Part shown: positions 49,809-62,232 of the stretch, piece by piece | How positions within the stretch are numbered: the stretch's first letter is position 1 | Layout of the letters: each line of letters opens with the position of its first letter | DNA from: an uncultured Trueperaceae bacterium | Lineage (GTDB): Bacteria; Deinococcota; Deinococci; Deinococcales; Trueperaceae | NCBI GenBank assembly: GCA_963815215.1 | Contig: CAWFFU010000008.1 | Location: 96,001-160,000 of the forward strand | DNA length: 64,000 nucleotides | Direction of reading: 5' to 3' | Notes under the pieces: model-generated | Told to the model about the DNA's origin: nothing | Database searches by the model: none | What the model saw: the letters and a program-made list of their open reading frames with translations, nothing else | Translations under genes and position numbers: made by a program

Positions 49809-51479
49809 GTGACGCGGAACCGGTCCGCCGCGGCGCAGCGAGCGGCTGCCGGCGCCGCAGGAAGGATCTCGACGAGCGCCATCCTCACCACCAAGCTGCG
49901 GCCGCCTCCGCCACGTGCCGATCGCGCGCCGCGGCCGCGCCTTCTCGCCCGGCTCGACGAGGCCGCGGCAGGTCGTCTGACGCTGGTGTCGGCGCCTGCC
50001 GGGTACGGCAAGACCACCGCCCTGGCGAGCTGGGCGGGCGGCACCCCCCATCCCGTAGCCTGGCTCTCGCTCGACGAGGCCGACAACGCGCCGCAACGCT
50101 TCCTGCGTCATCTGGTGGCTGCCCTGCAACGGCGCGACGAGACCTTGCGCGAGCTAGGGGATTTCGTCGGCGAGGATCTCGAGGCGGCCCTCATCACGGT
50201 CGTCAACGACGTCGCCGAGAACCTCGAGCCACTGGTCCTGGTCCTCGACGACTACCACGTCGTGCACGCCGAGCGCGTGCACGAGCTGGTGCGCTTCCTG
50301 CTCGACCATGGGCCCGAGCCGCTGCGGCTGATGATCGCGACGCGGGCCGACCCACCCCTGCCGCTGGCTCGCCTGCGGGTGGCGCACGCCCTGAGCGAGG
50401 TGCGCGCCGACGAGCTGCGCTTCACGGTCGAGGAGGCCGGCTCGATGCTCGGCGCTCTGGGGTTGGACCTCGCCCCCGCCGACGTGGACGAGCTCACCTG
50501 GCGCAGCGAGGGCTGGCCCGCCGGCCTCCACCTGGCAGCTCTGTCGTTGCGCGGCCAGAGCGACCCGCACGCCTTCATCGGCTTCTTCACCGGCACCGAC
50601 CGCTTCGTGCTGGAGTACCTCACCGAGGAGGTGCTCACCCGGCAACCGCCCGAAGTGCAGGACTTCCTGCTGCTCACCTCGATCCTCGACGAGCTCGACG
50701 CCGAGCTGGCGAGCGCGGTGACCGGCACGTCCGACGCCCAGGCGATGCTGGACCACATCGAACGGCACAACCTGTTCCTGGTGCCGATCGACGCTCAGCG
50801 CCGACGCTTCCGCTACCACGCCTTCTTCCAGGACCTGTTGCTGCACCGGCTGCGCTCGGCACGGCCTGACCTGCCCGCGGAGCTCCACCGCCGGGCCGCC
50901 GGAGCGCTGGAGGCCCGCGGCGACCTCGAGGACGCCCTCCTCCACGCCGTTCAGGGGGGCGGCGAGGCGGAGGTGATCCGGTTGCTCGAACGGCATCCCG
51001 ACGGTGCGCGGCTCCGGCAGGCACTGGCCGACGCAAGAGCCGGGGGAAGCACCGGGGGAAGCGCCCGCGACTCCCTCCGGGACGGCGCCACCGCCGGCGC
51101 CCCTGTGGACCGCGCGGCAGGCGCGCGTAACGCCCTACGCCAGGCCCTGGACGCCATCGCCAGCGACGACGACCTCGAGGAGCGTGAGGCAGGGGAACGC
51201 GATGCTGCGAAGGGCGAGGACTCAGAGACCCCGGGCGCGGACCGTGAGGCCACGCAGGGTGACGGCGGCCGCGCGCCGTTGGAGCCCGAGCCGCTCTCGG
51301 ACCGCGAGCGCGAGGTGCTCCGTCTCATCACAGCGGGGTTCGCGAACAAGCAGATCGCCCGCCGCCTCGACGTCTCGCTCAACACCGTCAAGACGCACGT
51401 CCGCAATATCTACGCCAAGCTCGGCGTGAGTTCGCGCACGCAGGCCGCCGCCCGCGCGCGCGAGCTGGGTGGGGGCTGA
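49809..51479 (+). CDS. MalT-like STAND ATPase / LuxR-HTH transcription regulator (shortened)
   Basis: TKLRPP, APAGYGKTT, WLSLD, LDDYH, EGWPAG and FRYH, then LSDREREVL...NKQIA...SLNTVKTH. Confidence 0.92.
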   Translation: MTRNRSAAAQRAAAGAAGRISTSAILTTKLRPPPPRADRAPRPRLLARLDEAAAGRLTLVSAPAGYGKTTALASWAGGTPHPVAWLSLDEADNAPQRFLRHLVAALQRRDETLRELGDFVGEDLEAALITVVNDVAENLEPLVLVLDDYHVVHAERVHELVRFLLDHGPEPLRLMIATRADPPLPLARLRVAHALSEVRADELRFTVEEAGSMLGALGLDLAPADVDELTWRSEGWPAGLHLAALSLRGQSDPHAFIGFFTGTDRFVLEYLTEEVLTRQPPEVQDFLLLTSILDELDAELASAVTGTSDAQAMLDHIERHNLFLVPIDAQRRRFRYHAFFQDLLLHRLRSARPDLPAELHRRAAGALEARGDLEDALLHAVQGGGEAEVIRLLERHPDGARLRQALADARAGGSTGGSARDSLRDGATAGAPVDRAAGARNALRQALDAIASDDDLEEREAGERDAAKGEDSETPGADREATQGDGGRAPLEPEPLSDREREVLRLITAGFANKQIARRLDVSLNTVKTHVRNIYAKLGVSSRTQAAARARELGGG

Positions 51480-51503
51480 GCGCGGCCGGCGGCCCGGTGC
51501 CGG

Positions 51504-51571
51504 CTCACCCCTCGAGGCCGACCGCCTCACCCATTCGGGTGATGTCGACTCACCCCCGCCGGCCCTACCCT
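51504..51571 (+). promoter_or_regulatory. Phased CTCACCC boxes and TCACCC-N4-GGGTGA inverted repeat upstream of -10 TACCCT
   Basis: CTCACCC at 51504, 51526 and 51549. Inverted repeat at 51527-51542. TACCCT at 51566-71. Confidence 0.65.
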
Positions 51572-51622
51572 TGGGTGTCGAACGCGGCGCGCCCGCCGCG
51601 TGCAACCCGAGGAGGAAGGACC

Positions 51623-52006
51623 ATGAGCGACCACGAGGACCGTCGCGAGAACGCCGCCGACGGCAAGCAGCAGACCCACCGAGGTGACAGCTTCACCGAG
51701 GAGTTCAAGGTCAGCGGCGAGGCCGTCCTCTCCAAGATCAAGGAACTGGTGCGTGAGGGGAACGTCCGCCGCATCATCATCAAGAACGACGAGGGCAACA
51801 CCCTCATCGAGATCCCCCTCACCATCGGCGTCATCGGCACGGTGCTGCTGCCCGTGTGGGCAGCGATCGGAGCCATCGCCGCGCTGGCCGCGAACCTCAC
51901 CATCGCCGTCGAGCGGCGCGGCTCGGGCGAGCAGCACCCCGATCACGATCCTCCCGCGCCGGCGGCGAGCTCCGAAGGCTCCGGCACCCCTCAGCTTCCG
52001 CGCTGA
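51623..52006 (+). CDS. DUF4342 domain protein
   Basis: EEFKVSG, KIKELVREGNVRRIIIK, EIPLTIG and a hydrophobic hairpin. GGAGGA RBS. Confidence 0.88.
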   Translation: MSDHEDRRENAADGKQQTHRGDSFTEEFKVSGEAVLSKIKELVREGNVRRIIIKNDEGNTLIEIPLTIGVIGTVLLPVWAAIGAIAALAANLTIAVERRGSGEQHPDHDPPAPAASSEGSGTPQLPR

Positions 52007-52041
52007 CCCCGGCCTGCCAACCCATCCCTGGAGGGACGAGC

Positions 52042-52338
52042 ATGAACGACCACGAACGTAACGACGAGAACCGCAAGGACGCCTGGGACCGTCTGGGCGA
52101 GACACTCGAGATGATCTGGCGCGCGTTGGGCCGCCTGATCGCGGAGGGCAACCGCAGGCAGCTCGCGCTGCGCGACCGCAAGGGAGAGGTGATGGTGCGG
52201 CTCCCCCTCACCGTTGCCGCCCTCATCGCGCTGTTCCTGCTGTGGACGCTGTGGCCGGTCCTGCTGGTGCTGGCGATCGTACTGTTCGCCATGCGCGGCA
52301 GCCTGGCGATCCTGCGTAGGGAGGCGCCCGGGGGCTGA
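52042..52338 (+). CDS. Second, divergent DUF4342-like protein
   Basis: RLIAEGNRRQLALR...RLPLTV plus a hydrophobic segment, paralleling the upstream gene. GGAGGG RBS. Confidence 0.72.
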   Translation: MNDHERNDENRKDAWDRLGETLEMIWRALGRLIAEGNRRQLALRDRKGEVMVRLPLTVAALIALFLLWTLWPVLLVLAIVLFAMRGSLAILRREAPGG

Positions 52339-52536
52339 ACGGCGGGCGAAGCCGCCGGCCCGAGATCAGCTCCTTTCGAACGCCGCCTGGGCGGCGGGGA
52401 CGCTCCGCAGCGATCCTCCGCCGCCCACGATCTTGACGCCCGGAGCCGGGCGGCTCCGGAGGCGTCCGGACGCCTCCGGCATTCCCCGCCACCGTGCCGA
52501 GCTGCGGGGGTCTGGTAAACTGTTTCGTTCGACCCG

Positions 52537-52577
52537 CGTCGTCGCGACCGGCGTCGCGCCCGTCGTCGCGACCGGCG
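52537..52577 (+). repeat. 17-bp direct repeat CGTCGTCGCGACCGGCG (period 24) in the uvrA leader
   Basis: Copies at 52537 and 52561, downstream of the extended -10 TGGTAAACT (52513-21). Confidence 0.8.
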
Positions 52578-52656
52578 GCGCCCCGTTCCGCCGAAGGATC
52601 CCGCGCGGCAGGATCGCCGCCCCGCCGCCAGGCGGGCGGTCCCAGCAGGAGGCACC

Positions 52657-55524
<2,868 letters not shown>

Positions 55525-55614
55525 AGCGCAGGCCCTGCCCGTGTTTGACGCTCTCATGGCCGCGACCGGTATCCTACGGCGTGGCGAGGACCCCATGAGC
55601 ACGGAGCCTTCCCG

Positions 55615-56103
55615 ATGATCCGCACCGCCCCCGCGCCCCGCAGGATGATCGTCGGGGTGTTCCTGTTCCTGGCGGCGGTGGTGAGCGCGGTGGCGCCCAT
55701 GCCGGTGCTGTTCCGGTCGTTGGGTGTGCTGCTGTTCGCATACCTGGCGTTCGCCGAGGCGGGCATGCCGGCCGCCTACCTGACGGCCCTTCTCGCGCCG
55801 CTCGGTGGGCTGGTCAGCGGCGACCCGGCGTGGCTGACCATGCTCCCTATCGTGCTGAGCACCAACTTGCTGGCGATGCTGGCGCTCGAGTGGTCGTGGC
55901 CCTACGTGGCGATCGTGCTCTCCCCGCTACTGGAGGTCGTCCCCATGATCTTCGTGGCGGCGGCGTCCAAGAAGGCGCTGTTCCTGGTGACGCTGCCGTG
56001 GGCGGGCGAGGAGCGCACCTGGATCGTGCTCCACGGCCTGGTGGCCTTCGCAGGCGTGCTGGTCGCGATCTACGTCCACCGCAGACGATCCCGGACGAAC
56101 TGA
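55615..56103 (+). CDS. Hypothetical integral membrane protein (about 5 TMs)
   Basis: Almost entirely hydrophobic and co-oriented with yihY. Confidence 0.75.
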   Translation: MIRTAPAPRRMIVGVFLFLAAVVSAVAPMPVLFRSLGVLLFAYLAFAEAGMPAAYLTALLAPLGGLVSGDPAWLTMLPIVLSTNLLAMLALEWSWPYVAIVLSPLLEVVPMIFVAAASKKALFLVTLPWAGEERTWIVLHGLVAFAGVLVAIYVHRRRSRTN

Positions 56104-56113
56104 GCGCCGCCCC

Positions 56114-57043
56114 ATGCGCGAGGTCTTGCGGCACCCTCTCCTGTTCGGCCGCCGCCTGGTCCGCCGCTTCCAGGACGTCCGGCTTCAGATGCTCGCCGCG
56201 GCGCTGGCATACTACGCCACCTTCTCGCTCGGTCCGCTGCTGCTGCTGCTCGCGGGCTGGCTGGGGGTGTTGCTTCGCACCAACCCCGAACTCGCCGCCC
56301 AGTACCGCCGGGCGCTCGACGATCTGCTGAGCCAGGCCCTGCCCCTGCAACAGAACACCGCGGGTCTGGTATCGCACAGCTTCGACGCGGTCCTGCAGGA
56401 GCTGAACCAAGGGGCGCTGCTGCGCACCGCGTTGTCGTTCCTGGTGCTGGTATGGGCGAGCGGCAACTTCTTCACCTCGCTGCAACAGGCGCTCGAGGTC
56501 GTCTTCGACGTCCCACGCGTTCGCGGCTTCTGGCGCAAGCGCTTCGTCGCGGTCGTGCTGGTGCTGAGCGTCGCGCTGGTGATCGCGTTCGAGGTGGTGG
56601 GGGGCGTCTTGATCTCCGGCCTGAACGAGCTCTCGCGCGCCCTTTCGGGGTGGCTCGCGGGATTCAACGTCCACGTTCCGGGGCTGCCACTCGGCACCCG
56701 GTCCGGCTTCGCCGTGGGGACGGTCCGCATCCTGGTGGCGGTGGTGGCGTTCACGCTGACGTTCCGCTACCTCCCGCGCGAGAAGAGCTCCTGGCTCGGC
56801 GCCCTGCTCGGCGCGCTGGTGAGCGCCTTCGGCGTGGTGCTGGTGCGCCAGGCCCTGCTGCTCACCTTCAACGCCGAACGCTTCAACCTCGTCTACGGCT
56901 TCATCACCAGCCTGGTGGCGCTCCTACTGTGGCTGTACCTGGCGCTGATGCTGTTCCTGGTCGGCGCCCTGGTCGCCGCCGAGCTCAGCGCCTGGAGCCG
57001 AGCCGGCGGTCGGCCGACCGATCTCAGCGAGAAGCCGGGATGA
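56114..57043 (+). CDS. YihY/BrkB family inner membrane protein
   Basis: AAALAYYATFSLGP, WASG, YLP, YG and LLWLY...LVGA. Confidence 0.92.
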   Translation: MREVLRHPLLFGRRLVRRFQDVRLQMLAAALAYYATFSLGPLLLLLAGWLGVLLRTNPELAAQYRRALDDLLSQALPLQQNTAGLVSHSFDAVLQELNQGALLRTALSFLVLVWASGNFFTSLQQALEVVFDVPRVRGFWRKRFVAVVLVLSVALVIAFEVVGGVLISGLNELSRALSGWLAGFNVHVPGLPLGTRSGFAVGTVRILVAVVAFTLTFRYLPREKSSWLGALLGALVSAFGVVLVRQALLLTFNAERFNLVYGFITSLVALLLWLYLALMLFLVGALVAAELSAWSRAGGRPTDLSEKPG

Positions 57044-57089
57044 GCCGCCCCGGTCGCTCGCCCGGCGGCGCAACCCCTACAATCGGAGG

Positions 57090-57740
57090 GTGATACGGCT
57101 TCTCGATCGCCTCGTGCGCGGCAAGTGGTTCTACGTGCTGGCCGTCGTGTCGTTCCGGGCGTTCACCCGCCTCGCATACGGTCTGCGGGTGGAGGACGCC
57201 CATAAGGTGCCCCGCGACGGGCGCGGGCTGGTGGTGGCCTGCAACCACCTCAGCGCCTGGGACCCGCCCGTGGTGGGGGTCTCGGTACCACGGGAGATCC
57301 ACTTCATGGCGAAGAAGGAACTCTTCGAGAGCGCCGGCGGCGCCCTGCTCATGCACGGTCTGCGCGCGTTCCCAGTCGACCGGGCCGCCAACGACATCGG
57401 CGCCATCAAGGCTGCGCTGCGGCAGCTCCGCGGCGGCATGGCGATCGGCATCTTCGCCCAGGGCACCCGCAACCGCGGCGACAAGGAGGCTCTCGACGGG
57501 GCGGCCTACCTGGCGCAGCGAGCCGGGGTTCCGCTCCAGCCGGCCGCGGTGTGGCGGGAGGGTCGTGCCTTCCACGTGCGCTTCGGCGACCCCATCGAGT
57601 CGGTAGGCGGCAAGCGCGAGGCCACACGCCAGTTGACCCGCGAGCTGATGCATCGCCTGGACGCCATGTTGCCGTCCAGCACGCCACTCTTGCAGGACGA
57701 GGCGGGCGAGGACGAGGCGCGCGAGACGGTCTCTCCATAG
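57090..57740 (+). CDS. plsC: 1-acyl-sn-glycerol-3-phosphate acyltransferase
   Basis: NHLSAWD (HX4D), FMAKKELF, FPVDR and FAQGTR. Confidence 0.88.
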   Translation: MIRLLDRLVRGKWFYVLAVVSFRAFTRLAYGLRVEDAHKVPRDGRGLVVACNHLSAWDPPVVGVSVPREIHFMAKKELFESAGGALLMHGLRAFPVDRAANDIGAIKAALRQLRGGMAIGIFAQGTRNRGDKEALDGAAYLAQRAGVPLQPAAVWREGRAFHVRFGDPIESVGGKREATRQLTRELMHRLDAMLPSSTPLLQDEAGEDEARETVSP

Positions 57741-57794
57741 ACGCGTCCCCAGCGGCGCTGGCGCGTGAAGAATCCGATAAACGCCGTGACAGAC

Positions 57795-57823
57795 TTGCTC
57801 TTCTGGCACCGGTCTGCTACAGT
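57795..57823 (+). promoter_or_regulatory. Sigma-A-type promoter of hup
   Basis: TTGCTC-N17-TACAGT. Confidence 0.7.
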
Positions 57824-57859
57824 GCACGCAAGTTCAAGGATTCGAGGAGGAGGAGTCGA

Positions 57860-58153
57860 ATGGCCAAGGCTAAGACCGTGTCCAAGGCGGACCTCGTCGA
57901 TATGGTGGCCGACGAGACCGGAATGAAGAAGAAGGAAGTCAAGGAAGTCATGGACACCATGCTGGGCAAGATCAGCACGCACCTGGACAACAACTACAAG
58001 GTGCAGCTGACGGGATTCGGCACCTTCGAGGTCCGTCGCCGTAAGGCGCGCACCGGCGTCAAGCCCGGGACGACCGAGAAGATCAAGATCCCGGCGAGCA
58101 AGTACCCCGCCTTCAAGCCCGGCAAGAGCCTCAAGGAGCGCGTGCGCCAGTAG
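57860..58153 (+). CDS. hup: DNA-binding protein HU
   Basis: KADLV, LTGFGTFEV, RTGVKPGT and PAFKPGK. GAGGAGGAG RBS. Confidence 0.96.
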   Translation: MAKAKTVSKADLVDMVADETGMKKKEVKEVMDTMLGKISTHLDNNYKVQLTGFGTFEVRRRKARTGVKPGTTEKIKIPASKYPAFKPGKSLKERVRQ

Positions 58154-58182
58154 GCTCTCCTCGTTCACGCGAATGTCAGTAC

Positions 58183-58214
58183 GAGAAGGGGCGGCCCCGG
58201 GGCCGCCCCTTCTC
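58183..58214. terminator. Perfect 32-bp palindrome, likely bidirectional terminator
   Basis: GAGAAGGGGCGGCCCC|GGGGCCGCCCCTTCTC between convergent genes. Confidence 0.8.
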
Positions 58215-58269
58215 CGTCCCGGCGCGTGGTGCCGTTCGCGGACGTTCCAGCGCCGATCCCGGGCGCGGC

Positions 58270-58653
58270 TCAGGCACGCCGTTGCCACAGGTCGCTCGCC
58301 AGCCAGGCCAACGCACCGAGCGCCAGCGCACCCTCGACCAGGCCGACCGGCACCGCGGCGCGACCGAGTGCATGGAACACCATCGAGAGGGCGCCGGTGG
58401 CCAGCACCAGCACCACGAAACCGTTGCGGGCGGCCCGATCGGCGATCTCGCGGCCCCGCTCGTCCCGTCGCAGGACCGAGCCATCGGCGGTGGTGAGGTA
58501 GCGGCCGCCACGGCGCGCCACCACCAGGACGACGAAGCTCAGACCCCCGAATACGCCGGCGAGGTACCAGGAGCCACCCACGAGTCCCGCCAGCACGGCC
58601 ATCACGGAGGCAACGACCAGACGGGTCGCGACGTACCTGAAAGACATGCTCAT
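58270..58653 (-). CDS. DUF2178-like small membrane protein
   Basis: 2 TM - [18 protein letters not shown] - 2 TM. ATGA coupling to the XRE gene. Confidence 0.72.
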   Translation of the reverse strand: MSMSFRYVATRLVVASVMAVLAGLVGGSWYLAGVFGGLSFVVLVVARRGGRYLTTADGSVLRRDERGREIADRAARNGFVVLVLATGALSMVFHALGRAAVPVGLVEGALALGALAWLASDLWQRRA

Positions 58654-58922
58654 GGTGCTTCCCCTTCCGGGCGGTCGAGCCAGAACAGACGCTCGACCGC
58701 GATCGACAGTTCCGTAGCCAGGAGGAGTGCCAACGCCACCGAGGGTACGTACCCCCCGCGCTCGATGGCGATGACGGTCTGCCGGGTGACACCGACCCGC
58801 TCCGCCAGCTCGGCCTGGGTGAGCTCGGCCGCCCTGCGTCGCTCGCGCAGGCGGTTGTGTAGCCTGCCTTCGCGAGACGCTCGATCGGGCTGCGCAGGGG
58901 CGGATCGACGTGCGCTCCTCAT
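58650..58922 (-). CDS. XRE/Cro-family HTH transcriptional regulator
   Basis: [34 protein letters not shown] and VERLF. Confidence 0.93.
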   Translation of the reverse strand: MRSARRSAPAQPDRASREGRLHNRLRERRRAAELTQAELAERVGVTRQTVIAIERGGYVPSVALALLLATELSIAVERLFWLDRPEGEAP

Positions 58923-58973
58923 GTCAAAGGAACTTTACATCCACGCCCTCCAGATGTCAAGGGGCTTTTACAT
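58921..58973 (-). promoter_or_regulatory. Promoter TTGACA-N17-TAAAGT overlapped by two 20-bp palindromic operators
   Basis: ATGTCAAAGGAACTTTACAT (58921-40) and ATGTCAAGGGGCTTTTACAT (58954-73). Confidence 0.85.
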
Positions 58974-59056
58974 CCAGCGCCGACGCGGCCGAGCGCGGGG
59001 CGCGTGCGTCGCTCAGAGGCGCTCCGAAGGTAGGAACGCGGGTATAGCATGGGCGC

Positions 59057-59764
59057 GTGGGTCTCCTGGACATGGTCGGCCCGGTCATGGTGGGGCCGTC
59101 GAGCTCGCACACCGCCGGCGCTTGCCGGCTGGCGTTGCTGGCGCGGCACACCTTGCTCGCACCGCCGACGCAGGCCCGTGTCACGCTGCACGGCTCGTTC
59201 GCCAAGACGGCGCACGGCCACGGCACCGACGTGGCTTTGACGGCCGGGCTGCTGGGCTACTTCCCGGACGATGCACGTATCCCCTCTGCGTTCGAGCACG
59301 CACGTGCGGCCGGGCTCGAGCTCGACTTCGACACCGCCGACCTCGGCGACGTCCACCCCAATTCCGTCCGCCTGGAGCTCACCAACGACGACGAAGCCAT
59401 CGAGGTGACCGGCTCGAGCCTGGGCGGCGGGCTGATCCGCGTGTTCAGCGTGCGCGAGTTCGAGGTCGGCGTCACCGGCGCCTACCACACGCTGCTGGCG
59501 CTGCACGACGACAAGCCGGGGATCATCGCGCGCGTGGCTCGGGTCATCGCCGACGATGAAGCCAACGTTGCGACGCTCCACTCGGCGCGCCGCAAGCGCG
59601 GCGGCCTGGCGATGATGTCCATCGAGGTCGACCGACGTCTGGCCCAATACGCGCTGGACTATCTCACACGCGTGCCCTACATCCACTGGCTGCGAATGCT
59701 GCCCGAGGTGATGAGCGGCGGAGACGCCGAGGCCGCCGCCGGGGCCGGCGTGGAGGCATCGTGA
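59057..59764 (+). CDS. sdaAB: L-serine dehydratase beta subunit (with ACT domain)
   Basis: [31 protein letters not shown] and DKPGIIA. Confidence 0.95.
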   Translation: MGLLDMVGPVMVGPSSSHTAGACRLALLARHTLLAPPTQARVTLHGSFAKTAHGHGTDVALTAGLLGYFPDDARIPSAFEHARAAGLELDFDTADLGDVHPNSVRLELTNDDEAIEVTGSSLGGGLIRVFSVREFEVGVTGAYHTLLALHDDKPGIIARVARVIADDEANVATLHSARRKRGGLAMMSIEVDRRLAQYALDYLTRVPYIHWLRMLPEVMSGGDAEAAAGAGVEAS

Positions 59765-60603
59765 CGCTCGCCGAGCTGGCCGCCGCCCCCGGCCGCGCCT
59801 CGGAGCTGGCGCTCGCCGACGAGGTCGGCACCGACCAGACCGAACGCCAGCGCGTGCTGGCGGGGATGCGCGCGCGCATCCGGGCGATGCGTGACGCGAT
59901 CGAACGCGGCCTCGCCTCCGCCGAGCCGAGCCGCACCGGCATGGTGGGTTGGAACGCGAAGGGGCTGTGGGACGCCGACGACGTCCTCCGGGCTCCCCTG
60001 CTCAAGCGCGTCCAGGCCTACGCCATGGCCGTCAACGAGGAGAACGCCCGCATGGGGCGGATCGTGGCGGCCCCCACCGCCGGCAGCGCGGGTACCGTGC
60101 CCGGCGCCCTGCTGGGTGTCGCCGACCACCTGGGTCTCGACGACGACGCGCTGGTCCTGCCGCTGGTGCTCGCGGCGGCCATCGGCGACGCCATCCAGGC
60201 CAAGATGTTCATCGCCGGCTCGACCGGCGGCTGTCAGGCCGAGATCGGCTCGTCCGCCGCCATGGCGGCGGCCGCCGTCACCGAGCTGCTGGGAGGCGAC
60301 GCGCACGCCAGCGTGCATGCGGCCGCCATGGCCCTCATGAACACCATCGGCCTGGTGTGCGATCCGGTGGGCGGCTACGTCGAGGTGCCCTGCGTGTCGC
60401 GCAACGCCTTCTACAGCGTGCATGCCGTCAGCTCCGCCCAGCTCGCGCTGGCGGGCCTGACCTCGGTCATCCCGCCGGACGAGGTGGTGCAGGCGATGGC
60501 CTCGGTCGGCCGGATGCTGCCTCCGGAGCTGCGCGAGACCGGCGAGGGCGGCATCGCCGACACCGAGACCGGCCGCCGCATCGCGCTCAAGCTGGCCCGC
60601 TGA
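59761..60603 (+). CDS. sdaAA: L-serine dehydratase alpha subunit
   Basis: [35 protein letters not shown] and LRETGEGG. Confidence 0.95.
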   Translation: MTLAELAAAPGRASELALADEVGTDQTERQRVLAGMRARIRAMRDAIERGLASAEPSRTGMVGWNAKGLWDADDVLRAPLLKRVQAYAMAVNEENARMGRIVAAPTAGSAGTVPGALLGVADHLGLDDDALVLPLVLAAAIGDAIQAKMFIAGSTGGCQAEIGSSAAMAAAAVTELLGGDAHASVHAAAMALMNTIGLVCDPVGGYVEVPCVSRNAFYSVHAVSSAQLALAGLTSVIPPDEVVQAMASVGRMLPPELRETGEGGIADTETGRRIALKLAR

Positions 60604-60754
60604 GACGCCGTTCGGCGCTCCGTGGGGCGCGCGGCCGTGTCGGCCGCAGCACCGGGACGACGTTTCGGGTCGCGTAGCGTCGCTTGACGGGGGGCACGCA
60701 GCGCCCCCCGAACGTCCCCGTTCGCACGCGCCTCGTGAGGAGGTGGACGCCAGC

Positions 60755-62176
60755 ATGAACCGTCCACGCGTGATCATCGTCGGTGCAGGCTTCGCGGGCT
60801 TGAACGCCGCGAAGGAGCTGAAGCACGCCCCTGTCGACGTACTCATCATCGACCAGCACAACTACCACACCTTCCAGCCGCTGCTCTACCAGGTGGCAAC
60901 CGCCGGCCTCGACGTCAGCGACGTGGCCCACCAGGTGCGCGACATCTTCCGGCGCCAGGAGAACCTGCGCTTCCGCCAGGGCACCGTCTCCGGCGTCGAC
61001 TGGGACGCGCGCGAGCTCGAGCTCGCCGACGGCGCCCGGCTGGCGTTCGACTCGCTGATCCTCGCCGCCGGCGCGATCTACGACGACTTCGGCGTTCCCG
61101 GCGTGAAGCGCTACGGCTACATGATCAAGAGCGTCTCGGAGGCCAACACCTTGCGCAGCCACATCCTGCGCCGCTTCGAGCGCGCCAGCGCCGACCCGGC
61201 GGTGGTCGACGAGGGAGCGTTGACCTTCGTGCTGGTCGGTGCCGGGCCGACCGGCGTGGAGATGGCGGGAGCGCTGGTGGAGCTCTTCGAGCGGGTGGTG
61301 CCGCTCGACTTCCCGGAGCTCGACGCCTCCAAGGCGCGCGTCATCATGCTCGAGATGACCGACAGGGTGCTCCCGCCGTTCGACCCGCGCTCGCGGCGCT
61401 ACGCCGAGCGAGTGCTCAGGCGCCGCGGCGTGGACGTGCGCCTGGGCGCCAAGGTGTCGGAGGTCCGCGAGACCGAGGTGGTGCTCGACTCCGGCGAGAC
61501 CATCCCGACCCACACGCTCATCTGGGCCGCCGGCGTGCGCGGCCACCCGTTGGCCGAGGCGCTGGGGCTCGAGCTCGGCAAGGGCTATCGCGTCCCCGCC
61601 CGGGGCGACCTCAGCCTCCCCGACCATCCCGACGTGTTCGCCGTCGGCGACCTCTCAGGCGCAGTCGACGAGGAGGGCAACCCCTACCCGCAAGTGGCGC
61701 AGGTGGCCATCCAGCAGGGGCGCCATGCCGCCCGCATGGTGCGGCGCTCGCTCGAGGACGAGCCGCGCCAGCGCTTCCACTACGCCGATCGCGGAATGAT
61801 GGCGATCGTGGGCCGCAACGCCGGCGTCGCCGAGCTCTCGCGCCGCTTCGGCGGTCTCAAGCTGCGCGGCTTCGTGGGGTGGCTGGGCTGGCTGTTCCTC
61901 CACCTTCTCTACCTGCCGGGCTTCAAGAACCGCGTCAGCACGCTGGTGAACTGGATCTACAACTACCTGACCTACGAGCGCCACGCCCGCCTGATCCTGG
62001 AGTCGGCCCCGTCGCCGGCCGAGGTGGCCGACCGCGAGGGCGCGCTGGCCACGCAGGAGGAGGCCCTGGGCGCGCCGCCGGCGAACCGCAAGAGCGCTCC
62101 GGCTCCCCGGCGGGCCGCGCCGGGTCCCGACACCGGCGACGTCGAAGACGGCGAGCGGGAACCCGCGAAGGCCTGA
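60755..62176 (+). CDS. ndh: Type II NADH:quinone oxidoreductase
   Basis: GAGFAG, FQPLLYQVAT, GAGPTGVEMAG, WAAGV, GD, AQVAIQQG and HLLYL. Confidence 0.93.
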   Translation: MNRPRVIIVGAGFAGLNAAKELKHAPVDVLIIDQHNYHTFQPLLYQVATAGLDVSDVAHQVRDIFRRQENLRFRQGTVSGVDWDARELELADGARLAFDSLILAAGAIYDDFGVPGVKRYGYMIKSVSEANTLRSHILRRFERASADPAVVDEGALTFVLVGAGPTGVEMAGALVELFERVVPLDFPELDASKARVIMLEMTDRVLPPFDPRSRRYAERVLRRRGVDVRLGAKVSEVRETEVVLDSGETIPTHTLIWAAGVRGHPLAEALGLELGKGYRVPARGDLSLPDHPDVFAVGDLSGAVDEEGNPYPQVAQVAIQQGRHAARMVRRSLEDEPRQRFHYADRGMMAIVGRNAGVAELSRRFGGLKLRGFVGWLGWLFLHLLYLPGFKNRVSTLVNWIYNYLTYERHARLILESAPSPAEVADREGALATQEEALGAPPANRKSAPAPRRAAPGPDTGDVEDGEREPAKA

Positions 62177-62232
62177 AGGTGGACGGCTCCAGGTGCTGCG
62201 GGAGCCGCAGGCGCCGCTGGTAGGATGACGCC

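Noticed and set aside
52480..52656. RDRM (DdrO) or LexA box upstream of uvrA
   Set aside because: No AT-rich palindrome resembling these motifs could be identified by eye.
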